This document shows positions 9,530 to 19,276 of a DNA stretch of 64,000 nucleotides, piece after piece (position 1 is the stretch's first letter; each line of letters starts with the position of its first letter). Source of the DNA: Chitinophagales bacterium (GTDB lineage: Bacteria; Bacteroidota; Bacteroidia; Chitinophagales; LD1); the NCBI GenBank assembly GCA_016787045.1, contig JAEUVA010000024.1, positions 33,618 to 97,617 of the forward strand, in the 5' to 3' direction. Made by a program: the position numbers and the translations under genes. The notes below the pieces were generated by a model. The model worked only from the letters and a program-made list of their open reading frames with translations. It had not been told where the DNA came from and ran no database searches.

Positions 9530-9580
9530 ACAATACAATTTAAGAGATACACACAATTGCAATTATCCCGCCAACTATTC

Positions 9581-10567
9581 CTAAACAGCGGCAGCATTAT
9601 TTTTCATCAAATTTACTTTACCATCTTTTACTCGCTCTACACGGCTAAACAACGAGTAGCGGCTATCAAACAAAAAAGCCAACCATAATTTTACCCAACT
9701 GGTGTGGTATTTTATGTTGTTGTAATATTCGGGAGCCACCTCGCGTATTTTGGGTAAATTATTCCAGGGTACCGATGGAAAATCGTGGTGTTCGTTATGA
9801 TAACCCACATTGAGTGCCACAATATTTATTGGGCCGTAGTAACTAAAAGTTTCCTGCTCTCCTTCTGGTGTGTAGTGTTCTTGTATCCAACGCGCACCAA
9901 CCGGATGTAAACCTATAGACAGGAAAAATGAAAACACCAGGTAGAGCAAGCCCGCCCATCCGCAGAAATAAATAATCAACGCATCGTAAGTAACGGCAGC
10001 TATCAGATTGTACCAGCTCCATTGGCTCCACATTTTTATGGCCTTTAAACGGGGCGGACGCGTAAGTTGAAACAATGGGAAAAACGCCAGCCAAAATGCT
10101 TTGCCAAAAAAATTATTGCCAATAAACTTGGCTTCCCAGCGGTTGGCCAAATCGGCATCATAATCATAATCGCCTTGGTGTGCATGGTGCTTGAGGTGGT
10201 AAACAAAAAAGCCCATAGAACCCGGAAACAAATTGGGTAGGTCAGCAAAAATAGCCGTCCACCTATTCCAGCTTTTGCTGGTAAAAATCAAATTATGGCT
10301 TGCTTCATGTATAATCACATACATACAATGGTTGGCAAAAGCCCCGACCAGATAAGCCAAAATCAAAGCTACCCACCAGTAGTGTAGGCCCAACTGCCCC
10401 ATAGCGTAAGCAATAGAGGTTTGCAAGGCCAATACAAAAAGCATAATGCCAAAGGTGTAAGGATTTTTGCCCATCAGTTTTTTAATCTCCGGATATTTGC
10501 GCATCAGTTCTTTGGTGCGCTGTGGGTGTGGCTGGTCAATATCCGATTGGTGAAAATTGCTTTGCAT
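9581..10567 (-). CDS. Membrane fatty-acid desaturase, sphingolipid delta-4 desaturase / C4-hydroxylase (DEGS/DES1)-like
   Basis: His boxes HEASH, HLKHH, HNEHH. N-terminal DQPHPQR...KYPEIKKLM and C-terminal GLHP, ETFSYYGP.N...NVGYHNEHHDFP, APEYY, SWVK are DES1-type signatures. Confidence 0.85.
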   Translation of the reverse strand: MQSNFHQSDIDQPHPQRTKELMRKYPEIKKLMGKNPYTFGIMLFVLALQTSIAYAMGQLGLHYWWVALILAYLVGAFANHCMYVIIHEASHNLIFTSKSWNRWTAIFADLPNLFPGSMGFFVYHLKHHAHQGDYDYDADLANRWEAKFIGNNFFGKAFWLAFFPLFQLTRPPRLKAIKMWSQWSWYNLIAAVTYDALIIYFCGWAGLLYLVFSFFLSIGLHPVGARWIQEHYTPEGEQETFSYYGPINIVALNVGYHNEHHDFPSVPWNNLPKIREVAPEYYNNIKYHTSWVKLWLAFLFDSRYSLFSRVERVKDGKVNLMKNNAAAV

Positions 10568-10703
10568 ACGCGGCAAAAATAGCAGGGGAAATGGTTTGCA
10601 GTAGCAACTGTTAATTTGTAGTCAATCACCCATAAATCATTATTGGGCATTGGAGCTAGGTGGTATTCTGCCATCTCAAATACCCCATTATATTCGCCCC
10701 GCT

Positions 10704-11054
10704 ATGCAAATATCTGTCTATAAAAGTAAAATACACCGCGCCACTGTTACGCAGGCCGATTTAAACTACATCGGCTCTATTACCATAGATGAAAATTTGA
10801 TGGAGGCCGCCAACTTGGTGGAGCATGAGCGCGTGCAAATTGTTAACGTAAATAATGGAGAGCGCTTAGAAACGTATGTTATTAAAGGCGAGCGTGGTTC
10901 GGGCATTATTTGTCTGAACGGCCCAGCAGCACGCAAGGTGGCAGTTGGCGATATTATCATCGTGATTTCCTACTGCAACCTTACCATGGAAGAATACAAA
11001 ACCCATCAACCGGTAACTGTACACGTCAACTCGGCTAATCAACTTACTGATTAA
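10704..11054 (+). CDS. panD: Aspartate 1-decarboxylase
   Basis: [23 protein letters not shown] (G-S autocleavage site), [17 protein letters not shown]; start moved to ATG 10704. Confidence 0.95.
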   Translation: MQISVYKSKIHRATVTQADLNYIGSITIDENLMEAANLVEHERVQIVNVNNGERLETYVIKGERGSGIICLNGPAARKVAVGDIIIVISYCNLTMEEYKTHQPVTVHVNSANQLTD

Positions 11055-11071
11055 TTATTTTTTTATTTATT

Positions 11072-12079
11072 ATGAAAAAACACATCGGCAATGCACTTAA
11101 ACTCCTTTTGTCGCTGGGTTTAGGCGTGGGTCTTATCTATTGGTTTGTGGGAAAAATGAGTGATGATGACATCCGGCTCACCAAAGATGCTTTCCTGCGC
11201 GCCAACTATTTCTGGATTTTTTTGGCACCGGTTATGGGGCTTATCTCCAACTTTAGCCGTGCCCGCAGGTGGATAATGCTGCTGGAGCCAACCGGCCACA
11301 AGCCCGGTTTTATCAATACCTATTGCAGTGTAATGATGATGTATTTGTTCAATCTGCTTTTTCCGCGGTTGGGCGAGGTGACCCGTTGTAGTATACTAGC
11401 GCGCTACGAAAACGTACCCTTAGACAAAAGCATAGGCACCATGGTGGTAGAGCGGCTGGTAGATTTATTTACCATTGTTGTAATTGGCTCACTCTTACTG
11501 TTTTTTGAACGCGAACGGCTGATGACTTTTTTTCAGGAAAACGTATTGAGCAAACCTGAAGCAGCTCCTATAGAAAGCGGTTACATGAAGTGGGTAGTGT
11601 ACGGTATAATACTCTTGGGGATAATTGCAGCCGCAGTATATTTTGAACAGAAGTATGGCTTTGCCCGGTTCAAGCAAATGCTGAAAGAACGTTTGGTTGG
11701 TTTTTTTGAAGGATTAAAATCTATCCGCAATGTAAGCAACCCTGCAGAGTTTGTTTTTCACTCTGTGTTTATATGGGTATGCTACTTTTTGATGATATAT
11801 TGGAGTTTCCCCGCGTTGGCCGAAACTAAGGGAATGGGTGTATCTACAGGCATGGCCTGTTTATTTTTTGGGGGATTTGCCATGGTTGCCACTCCGGGTG
11901 GTATTGGCGCGTATCCGTTAGCTATTTCTAAAGTTTTGGCGCTGTATGGATTGAGCGAAACTATTGGCTATGCCTTTGGCTCCATAGTGTGGGTGGCACA
12001 AATGGGGGCAGTACTTTTAGGAGGTGTAATTTGTTTAGTCGTGTTGGCAATAATCAACCGTGAGCCAGCGTTAGAGTAA
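11072..12079 (+). CDS. Lysylphosphatidylglycerol synthase TM / UPF0104 flippase-like membrane protein
   Basis: RARRW..LL, N...PRLGEVTR, GTMVVERLVD, TPGGIGAY. Confidence 0.85.
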   Translation: MKKHIGNALKLLLSLGLGVGLIYWFVGKMSDDDIRLTKDAFLRANYFWIFLAPVMGLISNFSRARRWIMLLEPTGHKPGFINTYCSVMMMYLFNLLFPRLGEVTRCSILARYENVPLDKSIGTMVVERLVDLFTIVVIGSLLLFFERERLMTFFQENVLSKPEAAPIESGYMKWVVYGIILLGIIAAAVYFEQKYGFARFKQMLKERLVGFFEGLKSIRNVSNPAEFVFHSVFIWVCYFLMIYWSFPALAETKGMGVSTGMACLFFGGFAMVATPGGIGAYPLAISKVLALYGLSETIGYAFGSIVWVAQMGAVLLGGVICLVVLAIINREPALE

Positions 12080-12087
12080 AATTACCG

Positions 12088-12561
12088 ATGAATACCAGCG
12101 CTAAAATATTTTCGCTACCCGAGTTAATGCAGCGCCTTGCTTTTTGGCGTACACTTGGCGATACTATTGTTTTTACAAACGGGTGTTTTGATATTCTGCA
12201 TCCCGGCCATGTACATTTATTGCAAACGTGCCGCAGTTTTGGCGATAGAGTAATTGTGGGTCTTAATGCAGATGTTTCAGTAAAGAGGTTGAAGGGAGAA
12301 AAACGCCCCGTTAACAATGAACAATCTCGTGCTATAATCTTAGCAGCGCTCAGCGCTACTGATGCTATTATCTTGTTTGAAGAAGATACTCCTGAACAAC
12401 TCATTCACCACATAAAACCAGACGTATTGGTTAAAGGCGGTGATTGGAAGAAAGAAGAGATTGTAGGAAATTCTTTTGTACAAAGCTATGGCGGTAAAAC
12501 GGAAGTGGTGCCTTACCTCAGCGGACATAGCACCACTTCTATTATAGAACGGAGTAAGTAA
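12088..12561 (+). CDS. rfaE2: D-glycero-beta-D-manno-heptose 1-phosphate adenylyltransferase
   Basis: FTNGCFDILHPGH, VGLNAD.SVKRLKG..RP, F.EDTP, LVKGGD, STTSII. Confidence 0.9.
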   Translation: MNTSAKIFSLPELMQRLAFWRTLGDTIVFTNGCFDILHPGHVHLLQTCRSFGDRVIVGLNADVSVKRLKGEKRPVNNEQSRAIILAALSATDAIILFEEDTPEQLIHHIKPDVLVKGGDWKKEEIVGNSFVQSYGGKTEVVPYLSGHSTTSIIERSK

Positions 12562-12565
12562 TCAC

Positions 12566-13795
12566 TTACTTTCCTGCTTCACCAAATTGCTCTTCCAATT
12601 TTCTTTTTTCGTTTAGGTCTGCCACAACTTGTGTTGGTGTTGGGTTTTCCTCCAGTGGCTCGTAGCTGCTCCAAAACTTAGTATTGTAGCCATATTTAGT
12701 GGTGTACAAATCGCTAAAGGCGCCAAATTTACCCAGCGATGCGCCAATGTTTTTGGTATTGAAATCAGCAAAATAGATTTCAAAAGATTCTTCTACAATA
12801 AAATCTACCTGGCCGGTGTTTACGTTTAGCACATGGTGGTTGTAGCTGCGCTCAATAGAACTCACCACATACTTCCCGTTTACCTTTTCGGTTTTTATCA
12901 CGTTCTTTTCATTCACCAATTTCCAGCGGCTGTCATTATCGTATTTGCGCTTCACATAATTCGGATTAGGATATTTTTCAATTTCTATTTGCGTAATAGC
13001 GTATCCCTCTTTGCTTACCCAAATTTTGGCCTGCTCTAATTTCTGGCTGCTGTTTTCTTTATACTGTACGCTTATCACATATTCCTTATCGTTTTCACCG
13101 GCAAACTTGGGCGAGTAAAAGTCAAGTTTCTTTTTATCCAAAAAATTATTGCGATTGTAGCTGTACGGGTTCTCTTTGAGCAAGTCCACTAAATGGTCGC
13201 CATGCTCATCGCCATTGGTTTCGTAGTTCAAACTTCTGCGCACTTTGTTTACCTTCAGCATTTCATGAAAAGAATACCGGTATGCGCTTTTACAGTTAAA
13301 AGCCACACTCACATCTGCCTCTATCAATCGTACATACTTGCCATTTTCTTTGTGATACTGCCGGTACATGCCGGTAGAAATCAATGAATCGTACAGCAGG
13401 TTTTGTTTCATGTTATCAATTGCTTTAATCAATACACCTTTGGCATTCATGGCTACTACCACTACTTCTTCCTTAGTTTCAAAGTTAGTGCCTACATATA
13501 TGCGTAGCGTATCGCCCGGCTTGTAGTTGATGATAGATATTGTAGTTGGTGTGTAGCCCACATAACTTACCCGCAGCGAGTCTTTGAGGTTTAGTTTTGG
13601 AATCGGAATTTCAAAGTAGCCATTATCATCGGCAAGGCCGCCCAACTGTGTGTTTTTTATCTGTACGGCAGCCATACCAAGAGGAGCATTATTGGCCTCT
13701 TTATCATATACAAATCCGCGGAGCAAAATGTTGTCTTGCGCTTTTGTAGTAAGCAGAAATAGACAAAGAGTTACACAAAAAATCAATCGCTTCAT
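12566..13795 (-). CDS. Secreted protein with carboxypeptidase-like regulatory (CarboxypepD_reg) domain
   Basis: Signal peptide; G.V.D...PL, G..AD.NG.F, SYVGY N-terminal domain; later YRQ and FW..Y motifs typical of this Bacteroidota family. Confidence 0.7.
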   Translation of the reverse strand: MKRLIFCVTLCLFLLTTKAQDNILLRGFVYDKEANNAPLGMAAVQIKNTQLGGLADDNGYFEIPIPKLNLKDSLRVSYVGYTPTTISIINYKPGDTLRIYVGTNFETKEEVVVVAMNAKGVLIKAIDNMKQNLLYDSLISTGMYRQYHKENGKYVRLIEADVSVAFNCKSAYRYSFHEMLKVNKVRRSLNYETNGDEHGDHLVDLLKENPYSYNRNNFLDKKKLDFYSPKFAGENDKEYVISVQYKENSSQKLEQAKIWVSKEGYAITQIEIEKYPNPNYVKRKYDNDSRWKLVNEKNVIKTEKVNGKYVVSSIERSYNHHVLNVNTGQVDFIVEESFEIYFADFNTKNIGASLGKFGAFSDLYTTKYGYNTKFWSSYEPLEENPTPTQVVADLNEKRKLEEQFGEAGK

Positions 13796-13858
13796 AAGTG
13801 GTTGTTTTATTTCTAAACGCCTGTTACTGCGTTTTTGATATGCACAAATAAAAAAGGT

Positions 13859-15481
13859 TTATTGGTTCACCCAAGTAATGCTGAGTGGTGGCAACCACAC
13901 AAAATGTGAGTTGGTGGTGTTTTTAATGTGTGCTGATCGTAGTTTTCCTTTAGAATTTCTAAGCGAAATCAGCTCTTCGGTAAAAACAGATTCTTTCACA
14001 AATTTTCGCTTATTAAAGTTCAACATTGCGCCATTCAGGTATAGTACGTTGCCCATGCGCTTTACTTCGCATTTGGTTGTTCGTAGCCCTTGTAGTGTTT
14101 TTATGAAGTAATATAGCGATGAAGAATCACTTAAAGATTTTTCTGCATTTACGTGTTTGTAGTTTTCGTTTACGGGTAGCCAAGGTTTGTTTGAACTAGA
14201 GAAACCTGCGTTCTTATCGTTCTTCCACTGCATGGGTGTGCGCAATTCATCGCGGTTAAGCGTTTCATTGGCCATGTTCACTAATCCGCGCGGAAGCTTT
14301 ACAAAGTGCGGCACCGGGTCTAAAGCATTTTTGTACGGCAGTTTACTATCGGTCATTCCAAGCTCTTCGCCATAATACACACAAGGCACACCTCGTGCTA
14401 AAAACTGTACGGCATGAACGAGTTTGGCTTTGTCTGTGTTTCCTTTTACCCGGCTCAGCATTCTCCTGCGGTCGTGGTTGCTAAATACGTACACCGGCAT
14501 AAAGGGAGCCGTAAAATCTTTTTCCATGTTTTTTATTAATCGCTCAAAGTAGCGGGCATTGAATTTGAATCGCAGCATTTCAAAATTGAAAGCCAATGTG
14601 AGCCGGTTGTTCTTTGTAACTCCACAATAGGCGCGGCTTACACTTCGGTCGCCAATAATTTCGCCAATCAACATTTTTTCTCCAAACGAATCGCACACGC
14701 TGCGCAGTTCTTCGGCAAACTGCAAGCAAGCCGGCAAACTGGCCGTGTAATTGGTTTTTTGAAAATGAGTGAGCGCATTCAGCGAAGCAGGATTGTTGCG
14801 AAACAAGCTATCTTCGTATATAGAATTAAAAATATCTAACCGAAAGCCATCGGCTCCTTTTTGGAGCCAAAACTTTACATTGTCAAGCATTGCTTTTTTT
14901 ACTGCCGGGTTGTAGTAATTCAAATCGGGCTGAAAGGGCAAAAAGGCAGCATAGTAGTACTGCCCGCGCTCTTTGCTGTAGTGCCAGGCGCTGCCACTAA
15001 CCATGCTTTTCCAGTTGTTTGGTTTATCGCGCCATACATAAAAATCATTTTCAATGCCTCTTTCATCGGGTTTGCGCTGTACATCTTGCTTAAACCATTC
15101 GTGCGCTATGCTGGTGTGGTTCATCACCATATCCAAAACAATTTTCATGCCACGCTGATGCACTTCTTTTATCAGTTGCTCCACATCGGCCATCGTGCCA
15201 TACTCGGGGGCTATGTTTTGGTAATCGCTTACATCATATCCAAAATCGGCTTGTGGCGAACTGAAAAACGGAGATACCCATACCGTTTCAAAGCCCATGC
15301 TTTTGATGTAATCCAGCTTTTGGATAATGCCATGTATATCGCCAATGCCATCGGCATTTGTATCATAGTATGAGCGCGGGTAGATTTGGTAAATAGAGGT
15401 GTGGTGATACCACGGAGTTTGGGCAAGTGCCCAAACCGTGCAGAAGGTGAAGAGTATTAGCGCTATAAATTGACGGAGCAA
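13859..15481 (-). CDS. GH13 alpha-glucosidase / oligo-1,6-glucosidase-like, exported
   Basis: YQIYPRS..D.NADGIGD, DFGYDVSDY, DMVMNHTS, QPDLN, GFRLD (nucleophile), IGE, NHD, RDELRTPMQW. Confidence 0.9.
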   Translation of the reverse strand: MLRQFIALILFTFCTVWALAQTPWYHHTSIYQIYPRSYYDTNADGIGDIHGIIQKLDYIKSMGFETVWVSPFFSSPQADFGYDVSDYQNIAPEYGTMADVEQLIKEVHQRGMKIVLDMVMNHTSIAHEWFKQDVQRKPDERGIENDFYVWRDKPNNWKSMVSGSAWHYSKERGQYYYAAFLPFQPDLNYYNPAVKKAMLDNVKFWLQKGADGFRLDIFNSIYEDSLFRNNPASLNALTHFQKTNYTASLPACLQFAEELRSVCDSFGEKMLIGEIIGDRSVSRAYCGVTKNNRLTLAFNFEMLRFKFNARYFERLIKNMEKDFTAPFMPVYVFSNHDRRRMLSRVKGNTDKAKLVHAVQFLARGVPCVYYGEELGMTDSKLPYKNALDPVPHFVKLPRGLVNMANETLNRDELRTPMQWKNDKNAGFSSSNKPWLPVNENYKHVNAEKSLSDSSSLYYFIKTLQGLRTTKCEVKRMGNVLYLNGAMLNFNKRKFVKESVFTEELISLRNSKGKLRSAHIKNTTNSHFVWLPPLSITWVNQ

Positions 15482-15488
15482 TGTGGAG

Positions 15489-18400
15489 TTAGTGTTTAAT
15501 TACAAATTGACTGTAAGTATCGTAATCTGTGCGGATATTCAGAAAGTAAATACCCGTACCCCATTCGCTAGTGGTTATGGTCATCGTTTCTTCCATAATT
15601 GGTGAATAAAACAATACCCTGCCCAGTGGGTCGGTAATGGTTACATGAGTAATAGAGGATACAGGTATGTTGCGAATAAAGATTTCATCGCGAAATGGAT
15701 TGGGTACTACGGAAATTAAATCGTGCAGGTTTACATTGTTTACAGCGTTCGTTAGCGCTGTGAGCGTAACAGATGTAGTGGCAGAGCAACCGTGGGCATC
15801 GGTTACTGTAAGTGAGTAAGTGCCGGGGCCGAGAGCACCAATAGCCGGTACCTGTGCTGCATTGCTCCATGAATAGGAGTATGGGGCTATTCCGTCAAGT
15901 GCTATAACCGATATGATGCCATCAGCAGAAGTGGCCGTAAGCGGGTGTTTAATGCTATCAAAGATGAATGCTATGGCAGCCGGCTGCGTGATGGTAGTAT
16001 GGTAAGTGTAACTACAACCCGAAGCATTGCTAATGGTAAGCGAATAGGTGCCGGAACTTACATTGGTGATGGAGTCGGTAGTATGTCCGGTATTCCAAAG
16101 CAACGTGTACCCTCCCGGTATAGAGCCGGTGATGTTGGCTTTCAGTGTAGTTTTGTTACCATGGCATTTAATGGGAGCCGCTGCGAAAGAAACGCTGAGT
16201 TGTGCAGCTACGGGGTTCACTATTTCAAATGTGTCTCTTGCTTCACAGGGGGTAGATGTGGTCTTTAATAAGTACTTGCCGGGTTGGGGTTGTGGCAATG
16301 TAAAACTACCTGCTCCGCTAAATACCATACTGCCCGTAGTAAGATAAAGGCATTGATATGTGATAGTGTTATCAATTAAACTATTATTTAATACAATAGG
16401 TTGAACCACAACCGGTGAGATCTGGCAAAGAAAGGTATCCTTAAAGTTAATACTAATAGCATTGGTTGTATTTACATTGACAAACTGAATGGCATTGCTG
16501 GTGCATCCATTGGGTGTATAAGCGGTAGCAGTATATGTGGTAGGAGAAACCGGGTTTGAAATGGCAATCAAATCTCCAGCAGTGGGTAATGCAGCATTAG
16601 TGCCGGTATCGGGCAACCAATGAATGAGCGTGCCGGGCGGCAAATCTTGCACGCACACATTAAAAAGTGTATTGGGTCTGGTACTGGATGTATTGTACGG
16701 GGTGAAGTAGTCGCATGGCTGTATGTTTGTGGCGGTGTAACACACAGACACAAATGGCGTGTTGGTAGCCATCATTTTTGAATTGAGCGAGCCGGAGTTG
16801 CCTGTGTATGAACATACCTCTACCACTATGTCGGACACCCCATCCCAATCATAAGGTATGTCCAACAGGTGTGTTTTCCATCCGGTATTGGCGGGCGGCC
16901 ATAATGTTAAACTTTTGGGGGTAAACACCGTTTGCAGATTGCTCACCCAACCGTTTTCCAGGTTACTGAGCGATACGCAGCCCATTTTTATTTCAAAATT
17001 TTCTAATGAGTCATTTGCAGATGAATTACTCTGGCTGAGGTAAAATGCGATACTTTTGATGGTACCTCCTTTTACTCCATATTGCTTTAACTCGGCCGCT
17101 TTGTACAGAAATTGGTGTCGCGCGCCTTTTTGGTAATGACCATACACGGTTGGATAACCCGTAGCAGAACTAGCCGGTGTTTGGTAGTTGCCCGTACCTA
17201 CTTGCACCGGAATAGAATTGCCGGTACAGAGCGTATTGTTTGCACCACACGATTTAGCAACTTGAAGCAATGTTAATTGTACAGTTCCACCGGATTGGCA
17301 AAGCACCTCTGGCTCAGCCACTATTTTTAATTCCGCACCACTGTTTTGTACAGTTATCAAAACAGTATCATGTGTCAAACAGCCATTTATATTAGTAGCA
17401 GTTGCAATGTAATGGGTGCTTATTGCAGGTGCGGCCAATACTATTTCAGATGTAGAGTCAGTGCCACCGGTTACCGGATTTATCAATCCTTGGGTCGGAT
17501 TCCATTTCAAACTCCATCCGGCAGAATCGCTGGAACTTGCGGAGAGAGGAGCAAAAGCATTTCTGCATATTGTTGTATCGCCCCATGCAGTGAGTGAGAA
17601 AGCCGGAAACGGTTGTACGGTAACACTATCCGTGCCACATGTAGAATGTAAATAATATGTTTGAGTGGCTTGTGGCGAAACGCTCGTTTGGTAACTATTT
17701 GGATTAGATACGGCATTGATACCTGTGTTGGGTGCCCACACCGGATTGCTGCCCCCTACGGCTTTCAAGATTACAGGCGTGCCACAAAACGATGTGCTCA
17801 CCGCCTGTATATTGGGGTGTGGTGCTGTGCAAAGCGTAAATTTTCGCCAGTTGGAGCCGGTTATGGGGCAGTTGTCTAGCTTGCTCTTTAACCAAAAGCT
17901 ATGGCATCCGCTCAAAGTTGGAGCAACCACGTATGTAACCTGTGCAGTAACAGAGCTATGGGTGCCTTGCTGAAGCAAATCAACAACAAATGCCGAGTCG
18001 GCTATGACTGAGCTAACCTTAAGTGGTGCGCCAATCTCTGATAGTACCAATGATTGAAACTGTACGGTATCGCTAGGGCAGGCATACAAGGTATCTGCTC
18101 CGCCAGCGTAACCACCATTTATGTTTTGCGCTGACGTGATGTCTGGCAGAGTGAGCTTGCAAGGCAGCACGGCAATTTGTATGTCGCGCATTACACTACC
18201 TACTAAAACTCCGTTGCGGTATTCACTCACTTTGATAGCAGCCACACTATACTCTAAGTTTGAAGGGGTAATTTTCCAAAGGCCGGTTTGGGTATCAAAA
18301 CTTTGTTGCGTACCTTTGATGGGTTGCTGGGCAGACCATCCGTTATTAAAAGGTATGGGATTGTAAGTTTCATTCAACGGATGGACCAATTCATACACCA

Positions 18401-19040
18401 GCGAGTCGCCATCCGGATTGTACCCGCCATGAAAAAAAACAATGTGTGAATTAGCACATGCAGTATGAAACCCCGGCTCTAAAAAACGGATAGAGCTATT
18501 TTGCAATGCTATGCCCGTAGCCGGTTGTATGGCATTGTTTATCTGCGCTACCAATCCATACCCTGTTGAGCTTGGATTTGGAATATTGCTGAGTGCATTA
18601 TTTCTGCAACATTCGCTAAAGCGTATCTGCCAGTTGTTGCAATTACCATTGAGGGTAACAGTACCTGTGTACACATACAAACGAACACCCGGATAAACAG
18701 GTGTGCTGCCAGCAGGGTTGGCCGGGCAAACACCGGAGGGTTGGCAAGTAGTAAGTACGCCCGATAGATTGCATACTTGTGACATTTCATTATTTGTTCC
18801 GGAGACGTCCTGAAGGATAAAATTTGAGTTGGTATTTGTACAAGTGTTAACTGCCTGCATCTGCACAGACGAAGGCATAGAGATGCCGCAGCAATCTCTG
18901 TAATAGTTTAAGGTAATCTGGTACTGGTTTCCGCCAATATGTCGGTACGATATATCAGCACCCGCAAAATGAGAGCCAAATGAAACTGTGCTTAAAAAAA
19001 TATAGAATAGGATAAGTGCGAAGTATATGCTGCGTTTCAT
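15489..19040 (-). CDS. Large Cys-rich T9SS cargo (adhesin-like, SprB-type repeats, type A CTD)
   Basis: Signal peptide + SHFAGADISY; Ig/SprB-like repeats (G..PYSYSWSN...GTYSLTVTDAHGC); CTD VVPNPF...GIYFLNI...VIKH. Confidence 0.8.
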   Translation of the reverse strand: MKRSIYFALILFYIFLSTVSFGSHFAGADISYRHIGGNQYQITLNYYRDCCGISMPSSVQMQAVNTCTNTNSNFILQDVSGTNNEMSQVCNLSGVLTTCQPSGVCPANPAGSTPVYPGVRLYVYTGTVTLNGNCNNWQIRFSECCRNNALSNIPNPSSTGYGLVAQINNAIQPATGIALQNSSIRFLEPGFHTACANSHIVFFHGGYNPDGDSLVYELVHPLNETYNPIPFNNGWSAQQPIKGTQQSFDTQTGLWKITPSNLEYSVAAIKVSEYRNGVLVGSVMRDIQIAVLPCKLTLPDITSAQNINGGYAGGADTLYACPSDTVQFQSLVLSEIGAPLKVSSVIADSAFVVDLLQQGTHSSVTAQVTYVVAPTLSGCHSFWLKSKLDNCPITGSNWRKFTLCTAPHPNIQAVSTSFCGTPVILKAVGGSNPVWAPNTGINAVSNPNSYQTSVSPQATQTYYLHSTCGTDSVTVQPFPAFSLTAWGDTTICRNAFAPLSASSSDSAGWSLKWNPTQGLINPVTGGTDSTSEIVLAAPAISTHYIATATNINGCLTHDTVLITVQNSGAELKIVAEPEVLCQSGGTVQLTLLQVAKSCGANNTLCTGNSIPVQVGTGNYQTPASSATGYPTVYGHYQKGARHQFLYKAAELKQYGVKGGTIKSIAFYLSQSNSSANDSLENFEIKMGCVSLSNLENGWVSNLQTVFTPKSLTLWPPANTGWKTHLLDIPYDWDGVSDIVVEVCSYTGNSGSLNSKMMATNTPFVSVCYTATNIQPCDYFTPYNTSSTRPNTLFNVCVQDLPPGTLIHWLPDTGTNAALPTAGDLIAISNPVSPTTYTATAYTPNGCTSNAIQFVNVNTTNAISINFKDTFLCQISPVVVQPIVLNNSLIDNTITYQCLYLTTGSMVFSGAGSFTLPQPQPGKYLLKTTSTPCEARDTFEIVNPVAAQLSVSFAAAPIKCHGNKTTLKANITGSIPGGYTLLWNTGHTTDSITNVSSGTYSLTISNASGCSYTYHTTITQPAAIAFIFDSIKHPLTATSADGIISVIALDGIAPYSYSWSNAAQVPAIGALGPGTYSLTVTDAHGCSATTSVTLTALTNAVNNVNLHDLISVVPNPFRDEIFIRNIPVSSITHVTITDPLGRVLFYSPIMEETMTITTSEWGTGIYFLNIRTDYDTYSQFVIKH

Positions 19041-19101
19041 AGCGTTTGCTTTACCGTAAAGGTAAAAGCTATTCGTTCTGCTTGCAATTCTTTTGCTTTA
19101 A

Positions 19102-19121
19102 TATGACAAATCTATGACATA
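19102..19121 (-). promoter_or_regulatory. 11-bp-period TGTCAT direct repeat (pho-box-like) upstream of the 15489-19040 gene
   Basis: Minus strand TATGTCATAGATTTGTCATA, about 40-55 nt upstream of a -7-like TACCTTTA (19057-19064). Confidence 0.35.
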
Positions 19122-19224
19122 GATACTCAGTATGAAGAAATTCATATTCTAAACATCCATGAATTTTTTTGCTTCTGAAACATTCATCCTAATGTTTATT
19201 GCATGGTGCATGATAGTGGTAAAC

Positions 19225-19257
19225 AAAAAGAGCAACAGATTTCTCCGTTGCTCTTTT
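19225..19257 (-). terminator. Intrinsic terminator after DEAD-box helicase
   Basis: AAAAGAGCAAC-N10-GTTGCTCTTTT inverted repeat about 20 nt past the stop. Confidence 0.7.
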
Positions 19258-19276
19258 CTAAATTTCGTCTAAGCTA

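Noticed and set aside
10704-12561. panD / flippase-like / rfaE2 cluster as a novel pathway
   Set aside because: panD next to this membrane protein is, to my knowledge, a common Bacteroidota arrangement with no evident shared pathway.
13859-14100. Odd, compressed C-terminal domain of the GH13 enzyme suggesting a frameshift or pseudogene
   Set aside because: The frame is open, all catalytic motifs are intact, and a typical L.P.S ending is present; divergence is sufficient to explain it.
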